Notes under the pieces: generated by a model | What the model was told of the DNA's origin: nothing | What the model saw: the letters and a program-made list of their open reading frames with translations, nothing else | Databases searched by the model: none | Made by a program: the position numbers and the translations under genes | In this document: positions 1 to 8,657 of the stretch, in pieces | Position numbering within the stretch: the stretch's first letter is position 1 | Layout: every line of letters begins with the position of its first letter | Assembly (NCBI GenBank): GCA_044449785.1 | Contig: JBIOII010000003.1 | Location: 1-61,659, forward strand | DNA length: 61,659 nt | Direction of reading: 5' to 3' | Source of the DNA: Candidatus Limnocylindrales bacterium | GTDB taxonomy: Bacteria > Chloroflexota > Limnocylindria > Limnocylindrales > CSP1-4

Positions 1-275
1 CTCGCTAACCGACACTCCCTGATCCGAACTCGCGGCAGAGTGCGGTCAGGCTCGACGACCCGCACGGTCACGCAGAACCGCGATCAAGTCATGGCGTTAG
101 AGAGAGACGGCACATGAAGTCGGAGCATCCAGTCCTCTCGCCCCGACCGGTCTTAGCCGGGTCCCGGCGAGTACGGATGGCGACGTGGTGCCCGGTCCAG
201 CAGGACGTTCGGCACTGGCGTCGGACCCGCGACCAGCGAAGGCTCGGGGCGAGGGTGCGGAGGTGCCGCCTGAAC

Positions 276-941
276 ATGCGGCTACATCGCCAGCTGCCAT
301 TCGCCGCCAGTGCGGCCTGGGATCGGCTCGAAGCCGCCCGGATCGAGTCCTTCATTGGGCGGGTCACGATCTCGGTCGTCCTGGTAGCCGTGGCCGTCGT
401 GATCCAGCTCGTGCTCGTGCCCCCGGAGCGCGTGGACATCATTCTCCTGGCCGCTGTCGGCCTCGTGATAGTCACGGCCCGCTGGGCGGGGTTCTGGGCA
501 AGTGTCGTGACTGCCTTCATAGCGGCGGCGCTGATCGACATAGTGCTGCTCCGCCCGGGTGGCGAGCTGATCCTTGGCTCGATCGAGGATATCGGCGCCA
601 TCCTCCTGTTCCTGCTGGTCGCGCTCCTTGGCGCCAGCGCATCACGTGCGCCGACGCCGCAGGCACCTGCAGGCGATCGGGCTGCGATACGCGCATCGGG
701 TTGGCCAGCGGACCTTGTCGAGCTACTCACGGATCGCGAGACGGTCGTACTCGGGTTGCTGGCCACGGGCAAGTCGAACGCCGAGATCGCCGACGATCTC
801 GCGGTCTCACGGAACACCGTGAAGACGCACCTGTCCCACCTCTACGGGAAGCTGGCGGTCACCAGCCGGACGCAGGCGATCGTCCGCGCGCACGAGCTGC
901 ATCTCTGTGAGTCCGAGGGCGCGATTCACCGGATCGGGTGA
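276..941 (+). CDS. Membrane-anchored LuxR-family transcriptional regulator (N-terminal ~4-TM DUF4118-like domain + C-terminal LuxR HTH)
   Basis: C-terminal LTDRETVVLGLLATGKSNAEIADDLAVSRNTVKTHLSHLYGKL is a LuxR HTH; hydrophobic N-terminal helices; start moved from 114 to ATG 276 preceded by GGAGGT (259-264). Confidence 0.8.
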   Translation: MRLHRQLPFAASAAWDRLEAARIESFIGRVTISVVLVAVAVVIQLVLVPPERVDIILLAAVGLVIVTARWAGFWASVVTAFIAAALIDIVLLRPGGELILGSIEDIGAILLFLLVALLGASASRAPTPQAPAGDRAAIRASGWPADLVELLTDRETVVLGLLATGKSNAEIADDLAVSRNTVKTHLSHLYGKLAVTSRTQAIVRAHELHLCESEGAIHRIG

Positions 942-1107
942 CCTATGTCGCCCGCGCGGATGACGACCGCGCGCGGCTATAGGGTGGATGATCCGCCCAT
1001 ACGCGGGAGACTTTGACGCGCGGCCCATCCACCCACGGCCGCCCGAGACCGCGCCGAGCCACTGGCGAGACCGACCCCGCGCTGTGCGTCCCATGGAGGG
1101 ACCCGCC

Positions 1108-1581
1108 ATGCGGAAGCTCATCGTCATCGGAGCTGTCGCGCTCCTCGTCCTCGCCGCGGCCGTGCCGCTCACGAGCGCCAGTACGACGCCCATCACGAAG
1201 CACGTGGATGGCACCATCGTCGTCTCGGAGAACGCCAACCGTACGTGGCTCGCCCGGTTCGAGGTGCGGACGACGTCGGACGTCGTGCAGTTCGGCTACC
1301 TCGAGCTCTACGGGATCGGTGGCGAGGTGGCAGGCCAGATCCACGAGTTCACCGTGTACCACGTCGACTACTACAAGACCGCGTCGCGTGCTCAGGGCGC
1401 CACGCTCCGGATGCAGGAGTGCCTGATCGTCCCATCACGACCGGCCTGCTTCGACAGCCCGTACGAAGTCTCCGACGGGTCGGCAGTCGGCCAGAACGAC
1501 ACCTTCATGGGCCAGATCGGGTGGACCGTCCAGTCGGGCAACATCTCGATCTACTCCACCGGCGGCCAGAACGGGCGGTAG
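1108..1581 (+). CDS. Secreted hypothetical protein (Sec signal peptide)
   Basis: GGAGG SD at 1095-1099, ATG 1108, MRKLIVIGAVALLVLAAAVP signal peptide; no family recognised. Confidence 0.7.
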   Translation: MRKLIVIGAVALLVLAAAVPLTSASTTPITKHVDGTIVVSENANRTWLARFEVRTTSDVVQFGYLELYGIGGEVAGQIHEFTVYHVDYYKTASRAQGATLRMQECLIVPSRPACFDSPYEVSDGSAVGQNDTFMGQIGWTVQSGNISIYSTGGQNGR

Positions 1582-1713
1582 CGACGGGAGCACGCCCTGA
1601 CCGGCGACCCGTCATCCTCACGACGCCCCCGGCAACGCACCGCGCCTGACCAGATGCCGGATCGGCATAGGCGAACTCGAAGGTGACCTGGACCATCTTC
1701 CGACGTGAAACGA

Positions 1714-1742
1714 CCCTCGGAGGCAACTCCGAGGGCCTTCTG
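1714..1742 (+). terminator. Hairpin, possible intrinsic terminator
   Basis: Perfect 9-bp stem CCCTCGGAG/CTCCGAGGG with GCAA tetraloop, followed by a weak pyrimidine tail (ccttctg). Confidence 0.4.
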
Positions 1743-1929
1743 ATTCGCCGGTTGCCCGTGTCTTGACCGGCGGGCCTTCGGCGGCCGCGAATCGGCCGAC
1801 GCTGCTCGATTTGCCGTGGAGTAACCGGATCGAAAGGGTCGGCGCGAGAGAGTGGTACTCGACGGCGATTGCTCGACGCTCGTCGAGATCCAAACCCTGA
1901 ACCAACTTCCGTTCGAAAGGACGACAGCG

Positions 1930-2886
1930 ATGAACACCCAGTCCGGTCCGACCAACGACTCCTTCGGATTCGACTCGCTTGCCGCACCGGGCAGCGGCAA
2001 CCCACCAGAGCCGATCTTCGATCCGTCCACCCACAGGCCACCCGAAGCGACATTCGATGACCCGGTATTGTCCGGCGGAGGCGACTCGCCAGGACGTCGC
2101 CGCCAGCGGTTCCGGGGTCCGGTCGCGCTCATCGTGGCCGTGGCGATGCTCAGCGGTCTAGCTTCGTCGGGCGCGACGCTGGCGCTGACGACCGTCATGA
2201 CGAGCCACGCACCATCGGCAACTTCGACGTCGGGCGTCACGACCGGCGTCACCCTGGCGAGCTCGGTGTCGGGTTCGCTCGTCGATGCCGTGGCGAAGGC
2301 TCAGGCAAGCGTGGTCACCATCAATGTCACGAGCTCGGCCGGCTCGTTTGGGCAGCAGCTGAGCGGAGTCGGCAACGGGATCATCGTCGGCTCCAACGGC
2401 GTGATCCTGACCAACGCCCACGTCGTGAGCGGCGCAACCGCGATCGAAGTGACTCTTCCGAGCGGGCAAACCGTTACCGGAACCGTCTACGGTGTGTCCG
2501 GCACGACGGACCTCGCGATCGTGAAAGTCAGCGCGACCGGACTCACAGCCGCCACGCTGGCCAACTCGTCCAACCTCGCCGTCGGCCAAACCGTCGTCGC
2601 CATCGGCGATCCGCTCGGGCAATACGCCGACTCCGCTACGGCCGGGATAGTCTCGGGCCTCGACCGAACGATAACCGTCGAGAACGAAACCCTGACCGGT
2701 TTGATTCAGACCGACGCGTCCGTGAACCCCGGGAACAGCGGTGGGCCGCTCGTCGACGGCAGTGGCAATGTGGTCGGCGTCGTTACGGCGTCGTCCAGCG
2801 CGGCGCAGGGCATTTCTTTCGCCATCCCCACCGCTGCCGCCAGCTCGATGGTGTCTCAGGCGCTGGCGGGCCAGCCGATCGCATGA
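1930..2886 (+). CDS. Membrane-anchored trypsin-like (S1C/HtrA-type) serine protease without PDZ domain
   Basis: Triad motifs LTNAHVV, TDLAIVKV, GNSGGP; single TM (VALIVAVAMLSG...); ends ~35 aa after the catalytic Ser; SD GAAAGGA before ATG 1930. Confidence 0.85.
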   Translation: MNTQSGPTNDSFGFDSLAAPGSGNPPEPIFDPSTHRPPEATFDDPVLSGGGDSPGRRRQRFRGPVALIVAVAMLSGLASSGATLALTTVMTSHAPSATSTSGVTTGVTLASSVSGSLVDAVAKAQASVVTINVTSSAGSFGQQLSGVGNGIIVGSNGVILTNAHVVSGATAIEVTLPSGQTVTGTVYGVSGTTDLAIVKVSATGLTAATLANSSNLAVGQTVVAIGDPLGQYADSATAGIVSGLDRTITVENETLTGLIQTDASVNPGNSGGPLVDGSGNVVGVVTASSSAAQGISFAIPTAAASSMVSQALAGQPIA

Positions 2887-2953
2887 GCTGGTGGCCGCGC
2901 CGGCCGGAATTGGCCCAGCCCGGGCTGAAGAGTCGTTCGCGGTCATTCCGAGC

Positions 2954-2982
2954 GTGTCAAGGCGTTCGACGAATCGCATAAT
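2954..2982 (+). promoter_or_regulatory. Putative sigma70-type promoter for the downstream ncRNA
   Basis: GTGTCA (2954-2959)-N17-CATAAT (2977-2982). Confidence 0.45.
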
Positions 2983-2988
2983 CGTTCG

Positions 2989-3152
2989 CGAGCGGGTCTG
3001 TCGGAACCCCGCAGGTGCGCCCAGGTCCGGCGGGTTCAGAAGGGCCGAGCGACCGAATCGTTCGGCCCAACCACCTGAGTCGGAGCCCGACGCGGTGAAC
3101 GGATTCGGCGCACAGGGCTTCTGTCGCCGACGGAGACACGGTCTACCCGCAG
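2989..3152 (+). ncRNA. Structured ncRNA, 6S RNA (SsrS)-like candidate
   Basis: Closing stem 2992-3004/3127-3150; hairpins GAACCC..GGGTTC (3004-3037) and 11-bp GGGCCGAGCGA/TCGTTCGGCCC (3042-3068); CCACCTG..GCGGTG element (3071-3097); promoter upstream; no plausible ORF. Confidence 0.45.
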
Positions 3153-3281
3153 CACTTCATGGCGACGTTCTCGCTCACGTAGGTCGCTCCGGTTCGCAGG
3201 CCAGCTGCGGCCGGGCGTACACTCGGCTCGGCCCGCGGCTGGCGACCGGCTTGTTCCGCGCGACCCAGGACGAGTGAGCAG

Positions 3282-4826
3282 ATGATTCCCGAAGTCAACG
3301 ACGCATCGGCCGGCGAAACCTCCATTTCGGCTGAGATCGACGCTCAGCAGCTGTCCGGCCTGGCCGACATGGACCCCGAGACGTTCCGGGCTGCCGCGCA
3401 TTCGGCGGTCGACATCATGGCCGACTACCTGGCGGGAGTCGGCGACCGTCCGGTGATGCCCCCGATCGAACCGGGAAGCCTGCGACCGCTCTTCCCGGCT
3501 ACGCCGCCGGAGTCTCCCGAGCCGATCGAGACGATCCTGGCCGACTACCGCCGGCTCGTGGAACCGAACGTAACTCACTGGCAGCACCCGCGGTTCATGG
3601 CGTACTTCGGCAGCTCGGCGTCGAGTCCGGGGATCATCGGCGAGATGCTGACCGCCGTTCTCAACTCGAACCCGATGCTGTGGCGGACGAGCCCTGCCGG
3701 AACCGAGCTCGAGGGGGTCGTAGTCGACTGGATGCGCCAGGCGCTGGGGCTGCCGGCCGAGTTCGACGGGTTGATCACCGACACGGCATCGACCTCCTCG
3801 ATGCTGGCGCTCGCGGCGGCCCGGCAGGCAGTCGGCTTCGACGCGGCGAGCAAGGGCCTGCCGGGGCGTTCCGATGTCCCGAAGCTGCGCGTCTATGCCT
3901 CCACCGAAGCCCATTCGTCGATAGAGAAGGCTTGCATGACTCTGGGTCTGGGCCGCTCGGGCGTGGCCAAGATCCCGAGCAACGACCGTTTCGAGCTTCG
4001 AATCGATGCCCTCGAAGAGGCGATCGCGGCCGACAAAGCCGCCGGCGTCCGGCCGATTGCCCTCGTCGGAACGATCGGCACGACTTCGACGACTTCCCGC
4101 GATCCGATCGCCGCGATGGCGGCCATCGCCCGACGCGAAGGCATCTGGCTCCATGTCGATGCCGCCTATGCCGGGGTCGTTGCGCTGATCCCGGAGCTTC
4201 GCGCGTCGTTCGAAGGCTGGGAAGAGGCCGATTCGATCGTCACGAATCCGCACAAGTGGTGGTTCGCCCCGGTCGACGCCTCGCTGCTGCTGACTCGTCG
4301 CATGCCGGTCCTGCGGGACGCCTTCAGCCTCGTGCCGGAATACCTCCGCACGCTGGATCGGGAAGGCCCGATCCGCGACTACAACGAGTACACGCCCACG
4401 CTTGGACGGCGATTGCGCGCCGTGAAGCTGTGGATGCACCTGCGCTACTTCGGCCTCGAAGGCCTGCGGCGGCGGGTGTCCCATCACCTCGAGATGGCGG
4501 CCAGCCTCAAGGCCTGGATAGAAGCCGAGCCCGACTTCGAGTTGATGGCGCCGGTGCCGTTCTCGACCGTCTGCTTCCGGTACCGGCCGGCGGGCTTGAT
4601 CGGCCGTGAGGACGAGCCCGGCGTAGCCGCGAGACTCGAAGAATTGAACGTCAAACTCATGGATTCGATCAACCGCACCGGCCAGGCTTTCCTGTCGCAC
4701 ACGAAGCTGAATGGGCGATTCGCCATCCGCATTGCGATCTCCAGCCTGCGAACGCAGGATTCCGATCTGGACCTCGTCTGGGGCATCGTCCGGCGCGAGG
4801 CCGCGGCACTCGGGACCCCGGTCTGA
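3282..4826 (+). CDS. PLP-dependent group II decarboxylase (aromatic-L-amino-acid decarboxylase-like)
   Basis: THWQHPRFMAYF, WRTSPAGTELE, HVDAAYAG and PLP-lysine NPHKW motifs; TACACT -10 at 3218-3223. Confidence 0.9.
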   Translation: MIPEVNDASAGETSISAEIDAQQLSGLADMDPETFRAAAHSAVDIMADYLAGVGDRPVMPPIEPGSLRPLFPATPPESPEPIETILADYRRLVEPNVTHWQHPRFMAYFGSSASSPGIIGEMLTAVLNSNPMLWRTSPAGTELEGVVVDWMRQALGLPAEFDGLITDTASTSSMLALAAARQAVGFDAASKGLPGRSDVPKLRVYASTEAHSSIEKACMTLGLGRSGVAKIPSNDRFELRIDALEEAIAADKAAGVRPIALVGTIGTTSTTSRDPIAAMAAIARREGIWLHVDAAYAGVVALIPELRASFEGWEEADSIVTNPHKWWFAPVDASLLLTRRMPVLRDAFSLVPEYLRTLDREGPIRDYNEYTPTLGRRLRAVKLWMHLRYFGLEGLRRRVSHHLEMAASLKAWIEAEPDFELMAPVPFSTVCFRYRPAGLIGREDEPGVAARLEELNVKLMDSINRTGQAFLSHTKLNGRFAIRIAISSLRTQDSDLDLVWGIVRREAAALGTPV

Positions 4827-4881
4827 GCTGGCTCGCGGGGGCGCGGCCTGTCTCAGACGCCTGAGGCGGTACGATGGCGGA

Positions 4882-5565
4882 GTGAATTACTCGACTGCCG
4901 AGAGACTGGCCTCGGTCGTGGCCGCCGCTGCCACGCCCTGCGTGATCGTCGCCGTCGCCGTGCTGCTGTTCCTCAACCCGATCTGGGTGGCCTTTGACCA
5001 GGGCCGCAGCGATGTGGCGAGCCTGACCGGCTACACGCCGGCCCAGGTCAATCAGGTCACGGGCAGCATCCTCTCGGACCTCGTGTTCGGACCGCCGAAC
5101 TTCGACGTCGCGCTCAACGGCGCACCCGTGCTCGACGTGCGCGAGCGGGGCCACATGGCGGATGTGAGGACGGTTCTGCTGGACCTCGGGCTCGTCGCTT
5201 TTGCCGCGGCGGTCCTGCTCGCGATCGCCGGCGTGGCCAGCCGCGGGCGGCGCTGGTTCTGGCGGGCCGCGGCGAAGGGGGCGCAGATTCTGGTGGTCGG
5301 AGTGGTCGTGGTCGGCCTGGGCTTCGCCCTTTTCTTCGACCAGTTCTTCCAGCTGTTCCATGAAATCTTCTTTCCGCCCGGCACCTACATGTTCGATCCC
5401 CGAACGGAGAAGCTCGTGCAGCTATTCCCGGATCAGTTCTGGTCCGAGACAAGCGTGGCCATAGCCGGGGCCGTTCTGCTGCTGGCTCTGGCCGTGGCCT
5501 GGCTCGGTGGGAGGTTTGGCCGCGAGCCGGACGCGGCCGTCCCCGCGACGGCGGTGGCATCGTGA
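4882..5565 (+). CDS. DUF1461/TIGR01906 integral membrane protein (Lit-like lipoprotein intramolecular transacylase)
   Basis: GHMADVR, FFQLFHEIFF and FDPRTEKLVQLFP motifs; GTG 4882 lies 6 nt after TACGAT (4870-4875), suggesting a leaderless mRNA. Confidence 0.75.
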   Translation: MNYSTAERLASVVAAAATPCVIVAVAVLLFLNPIWVAFDQGRSDVASLTGYTPAQVNQVTGSILSDLVFGPPNFDVALNGAPVLDVRERGHMADVRTVLLDLGLVAFAAAVLLAIAGVASRGRRWFWRAAAKGAQILVVGVVVVGLGFALFFDQFFQLFHEIFFPPGTYMFDPRTEKLVQLFPDQFWSETSVAIAGAVLLLALAVAWLGGRFGREPDAAVPATAVAS

Positions 5566-6758
5566 CGGGTTTGACGCTGGGCCGGGTCTTCGGGACCGAG
5601 GTTCGCGTGCACTGGACCTGGATCTTCGTCCTGGCGTTCATCGCCGTGGTTTTCGGGATCGATCTGAGCGATGGCACGGCGGCAATGTGGCCGACGGCTC
5701 TGGCCTGGGGTTCGTCGATCGCGGTTGCGGCCCTCGTCCTGGCCTCCGTCACCGCCCATGAGCTGGCCCACGTCAAGGTCGCGCGTCGGAACGGGGGGCA
5801 GGTACCCGTCGTGGTGGTCCAGCTGCTGGGCGGGCCGTACATCATGGAGGTCAAGCCAAGGACGGCCGGTGAGGAGTTCCGGATCGCGATCGCCGGCTCG
5901 GCCTTGAGTCTCATCGTCGCCGTGGTCGGAGCTGCGGTTGCGGCTGCGCTCTCCTACGGGCCGGTCAACATCGATCAGGCGCCGGCCTCAGTGCAGGCGG
6001 TCCAATTCGTCGCGGTCATGGTCGCGGTCTTCAATTTGCTGCTCTGTCTTGTCAACCTCGTGCCGGGCTATCCGCTCGACGGCGCTCGAGCCCTTCACTC
6101 GCTCGTTTGGCGGCGGACCGGCAAGGAAGGGGTCGCGACCTCGGTGACCATCCGAGTCGGGCGCTATGTCGGCCTATTGCTGATCGGTACGGCCGCGATG
6201 ACGCTCGCCTTCATGGACTTCATCGTGGGGCTTTCCCTGTTCGTCGCGGGCTGGCTGATGATCGGCTCAAGCAGGCTGATGGACAAGCGCAGCCTGCTCC
6301 AGGGCCTCGTGGCCGGACTGCATGTCAGCGACGCCGAGGATGCCGACCCGGCGCGCGTACCCCCACAGCTGACACTCGATGTATTCGCCGGCGAGTACCT
6401 GGCGGATCGCCTTGGCGCCGCGGCGCTCGTCGAGCGCGGAACGGAGCTCCTCGGGTTAATCGGGACGGCCCAGATACGGCGGATACCGCGGCGGATCTGG
6501 CCGAGGACGCGCACCGAAGAAGCGATGGTCAAGATCGGGGACGTACCGCGGATGGACGGTGACACCGATCTATGGGCCGGACTCGAGGCACTCGAGCGGA
6601 CCGGCCTCGACGCTCTCGTCGTCGCCGCGGCGGGCCCGGGCACCTTGCTGATGACCCGGCGATCGGCCGCGCGGGTGGTTCACGAGAGGGCCGAGGAGCG
6701 GCAGCGCGAGCTCATGGCAATGGCCCTGGTGAGACGAGGGCGGTTCCGTGGCCGCTGA
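5562..6758 (+). CDS. Site-2 protease (M50) with C-terminal CBS pair
   Basis: HELAH zinc motif, NLVPGYPLDG motif, CBS-like C-terminus; GTGA overlap with upstream gene. Confidence 0.9.
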   Translation: MTGLTLGRVFGTEVRVHWTWIFVLAFIAVVFGIDLSDGTAAMWPTALAWGSSIAVAALVLASVTAHELAHVKVARRNGGQVPVVVVQLLGGPYIMEVKPRTAGEEFRIAIAGSALSLIVAVVGAAVAAALSYGPVNIDQAPASVQAVQFVAVMVAVFNLLLCLVNLVPGYPLDGARALHSLVWRRTGKEGVATSVTIRVGRYVGLLLIGTAAMTLAFMDFIVGLSLFVAGWLMIGSSRLMDKRSLLQGLVAGLHVSDAEDADPARVPPQLTLDVFAGEYLADRLGAAALVERGTELLGLIGTAQIRRIPRRIWPRTRTEEAMVKIGDVPRMDGDTDLWAGLEALERTGLDALVVAAAGPGTLLMTRRSAARVVHERAEERQRELMAMALVRRGRFRGR

Positions 6759-6781
6759 GCCGCTGCCGGAGGCAATGAGCA

Positions 6782-7426
6782 ATGCCACCGCACGGTAAAA
6801 GGGAGAGTGGCGTCTTCGACGAGGGGAGTCGCGCCGAGCGCCGCCGGTCCACTCATTTCGAGCGAACGAGGAGGCCACGCATGGAGGAGATCACCGCCAG
6901 GGCCGTGATGCCACATCGCGCGGTTGCCGAGGCCGAGGTCGCGATGGCACAGGAGACTCTCAGCGCCATCGTGGATGGGGCGATCGCCAAGGGCGATGTG
7001 TTGAGCGTGGCCGAGCTGGCCGGCGTCATGGCCGGCAAGCGCGCGGCCGATCTGATCCCGCTCGTCCACCCGGCAGGACTCACCGCGCTCATCGTCAATG
7101 CTTCGCCGGACCGCGCGGCGGGCGCCATCAGAATCCGTTCCGAGACCGCGGCCGTCGGGCCGGCGGGTGTCGAGATGGAGGCGCTGACCGCCGCCGCTGT
7201 GGCCGCCCTGACGGTCTACGACATGGTTCGCGACATCGAACCGGGGGCCTTCGTGCGATCCCTTCGTCTCGTTTCGAGCTCGGTCGGCGAGTCCGGAGAG
7301 TGGCGCCGGCCGACCGATCCGATCGAGGCCGGGCGGGCCCCGAAGGGCGTTCGCGTGGCCGGTCGCATCGTTCCGAGTACCCGCGCCCAGAACTTCCGGA
7401 CCGCCCCACATAAACGAACACCCTAG
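6782..7426 (+). CDS. MoaC-like protein (divergent cyclic pyranopterin monophosphate synthase homologue)
   Basis: AKGDVL, LIPLVHP, GVEMEALTAAAVAALTVYDM motifs; several canonical residues substituted; GGAGG SD at 6768-6772. Confidence 0.8.
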   Translation: MPPHGKRESGVFDEGSRAERRRSTHFERTRRPRMEEITARAVMPHRAVAEAEVAMAQETLSAIVDGAIAKGDVLSVAELAGVMAGKRAADLIPLVHPAGLTALIVNASPDRAAGAIRIRSETAAVGPAGVEMEALTAAAVAALTVYDMVRDIEPGAFVRSLRLVSSSVGESGEWRRPTDPIEAGRAPKGVRVAGRIVPSTRAQNFRTAPHKRTP

Positions 7427-7547
7427 TCGGCATGGCTCGCCGATCGGTGCGGCAGCCGCTAGAGTGACGCAGGATCGAGTTCCGGGCCCGGCACCCAGCG
7501 TTTTCCAGCAGGCATGGGCCCGGGCTCCAATCGGTCGTGGGTAGGTC

Positions 7548-8105
7548 TTGCCAGTGTCCTTAAGCGTTCTGCTGCCGCTCGCCATCTTCTTCGCCCTGGG
7601 CGTCCCGATCGTCGTCCTGCTGTGGCGGGTGCTTATCGTCGGTGGCGAGTTGCGGCGCGACGCTCAGCACGGCCGAGCCGCCGTCGACCTGGCACGCCGG
7701 GTGGACATCTCGCTGGGCGAGCTGTCGGAGATCGTGGACGACCTTCGCCGCCGGAAGTCCGGACCCGATGCCAGTGCGGCCAGCCTCAAGGCTTCCGCCG
7801 AAGCTCTGCGGCGCTACGCGGACGAGGCCGCCGCCGTCGACGGACACCTGCCCCAAACGGGTGGGAAGGGCCTTCGCGCCGAGATAGAGCGGGCCCAGCG
7901 GGCCGTCGACTTGATCGAGCACGGCCGGCAGCTCATGCTCGACGCGACCGTCGAGCATATCGATGAAGGCGAGACGTCTGTCAAGCGTGGCTATCTCAAC
8001 CTCCTCCACGCCCGCGAGGCGATCCGCTCGGTGGGCGAAGGGATAGCGACGACGGTGCCCGCTCGGCCGGCGGCCCGTGGTCGAGTGAAGGATCGGATCC
8101 GCTAG
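7548..8105 (+). CDS. Hypothetical protein, N-terminal TM plus helical/coiled-coil region
   Basis: Hydrophobic N-terminus (LLPLAIFFALGVPIVVLLW); start TTG 7548 or GTG 7554. Confidence 0.6.
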   Translation: MPVSLSVLLPLAIFFALGVPIVVLLWRVLIVGGELRRDAQHGRAAVDLARRVDISLGELSEIVDDLRRRKSGPDASAASLKASAEALRRYADEAAAVDGHLPQTGGKGLRAEIERAQRAVDLIEHGRQLMLDATVEHIDEGETSVKRGYLNLLHAREAIRSVGEGIATTVPARPAARGRVKDRIR

Positions 8106-8183
8106 GGCGGCTCAGCGGGGCCGCGTCCGATGCGGGTGATATCCTCGCTTCCGAGCCACCAGTCCGGGCGTAGGAGTCGGCCG

Positions 8184-8657
8184 ATGCGGTGTCCGCGGTG
8201 CGGTGAACGAGAGACGCGTGTCGTCGATTCGCGCGATCTCGACGAAGCGAGCATCCGCCGCCGCCGCGAATGCGAGACCTGCGGAGCGCGCTTCACGACG
8301 TACGAGCGGATCGAGGCGCCGCGCCTGATCGTGGTCAAGCGCGACGGCTCCCGCCAGGAGTTCGATCGCGAGAAGCTGGTCTCCGGGTTCCGCAAAGCGC
8401 TGACCCGGCGCCCGCTGCCGGACGACGCCGCCGAACAGGCAGCCGACCAGATCGAGACTCAGCTCCGATCCGCCGGGGCCACCGAGGTTGACTCCTCCGA
8501 GATCGGCAAGCTGGCGATGGACAAGCTTCGGGCCCTGGACCAGATCGCCTACATCCGCTTCGCCAGCGTCTACCAGAGCTTCGAGGATATCGAGACGCTC
8601 AAACGGGAAGTGGATAACCTCTATGCCCAGCGCGAGAGTGGAGCCACGGTCAAATGA
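8184..8657 (+). CDS. nrdR: Transcriptional repressor NrdR
   Basis: MRCPRCG...[18 protein letters not shown] zinc ribbon + ATP cone (YIRFASVY); start reset to ATG 8184 after TAGGAG; TGaTATCCT extended -10 at 8137-8145. Confidence 0.97.
   Translation: MRCPRCGERETRVVDSRDLDEASIRRRRECETCGARFTTYERIEAPRLIVVKRDGSRQEFDREKLVSGFRKALTRRPLPDDAAEQAADQIETQLRSAGATEVDSSEIGKLAMDKLRALDQIAYIRFASVYQSFEDIETLKREVDNLYAQRESGATVK

Noticed and set aside
3111-3120. GCACAGGGC resemblance to a c-di-GMP-I riboswitch
   Set aside because: Not followed by AAACC..GAAA..GGGACGCAAAGC; part of a different fold
3036-4700. 554-aa minus-strand ORF
   Set aside because: Antisense shadow of the decarboxylase; expected in high-GC coding DNA and has no motifs
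8106-8183. NrdR box upstream of nrdR-dcd
   Set aside because: No match to the acaC(a/t)AtATaT(a/t)Gtg consensus seen
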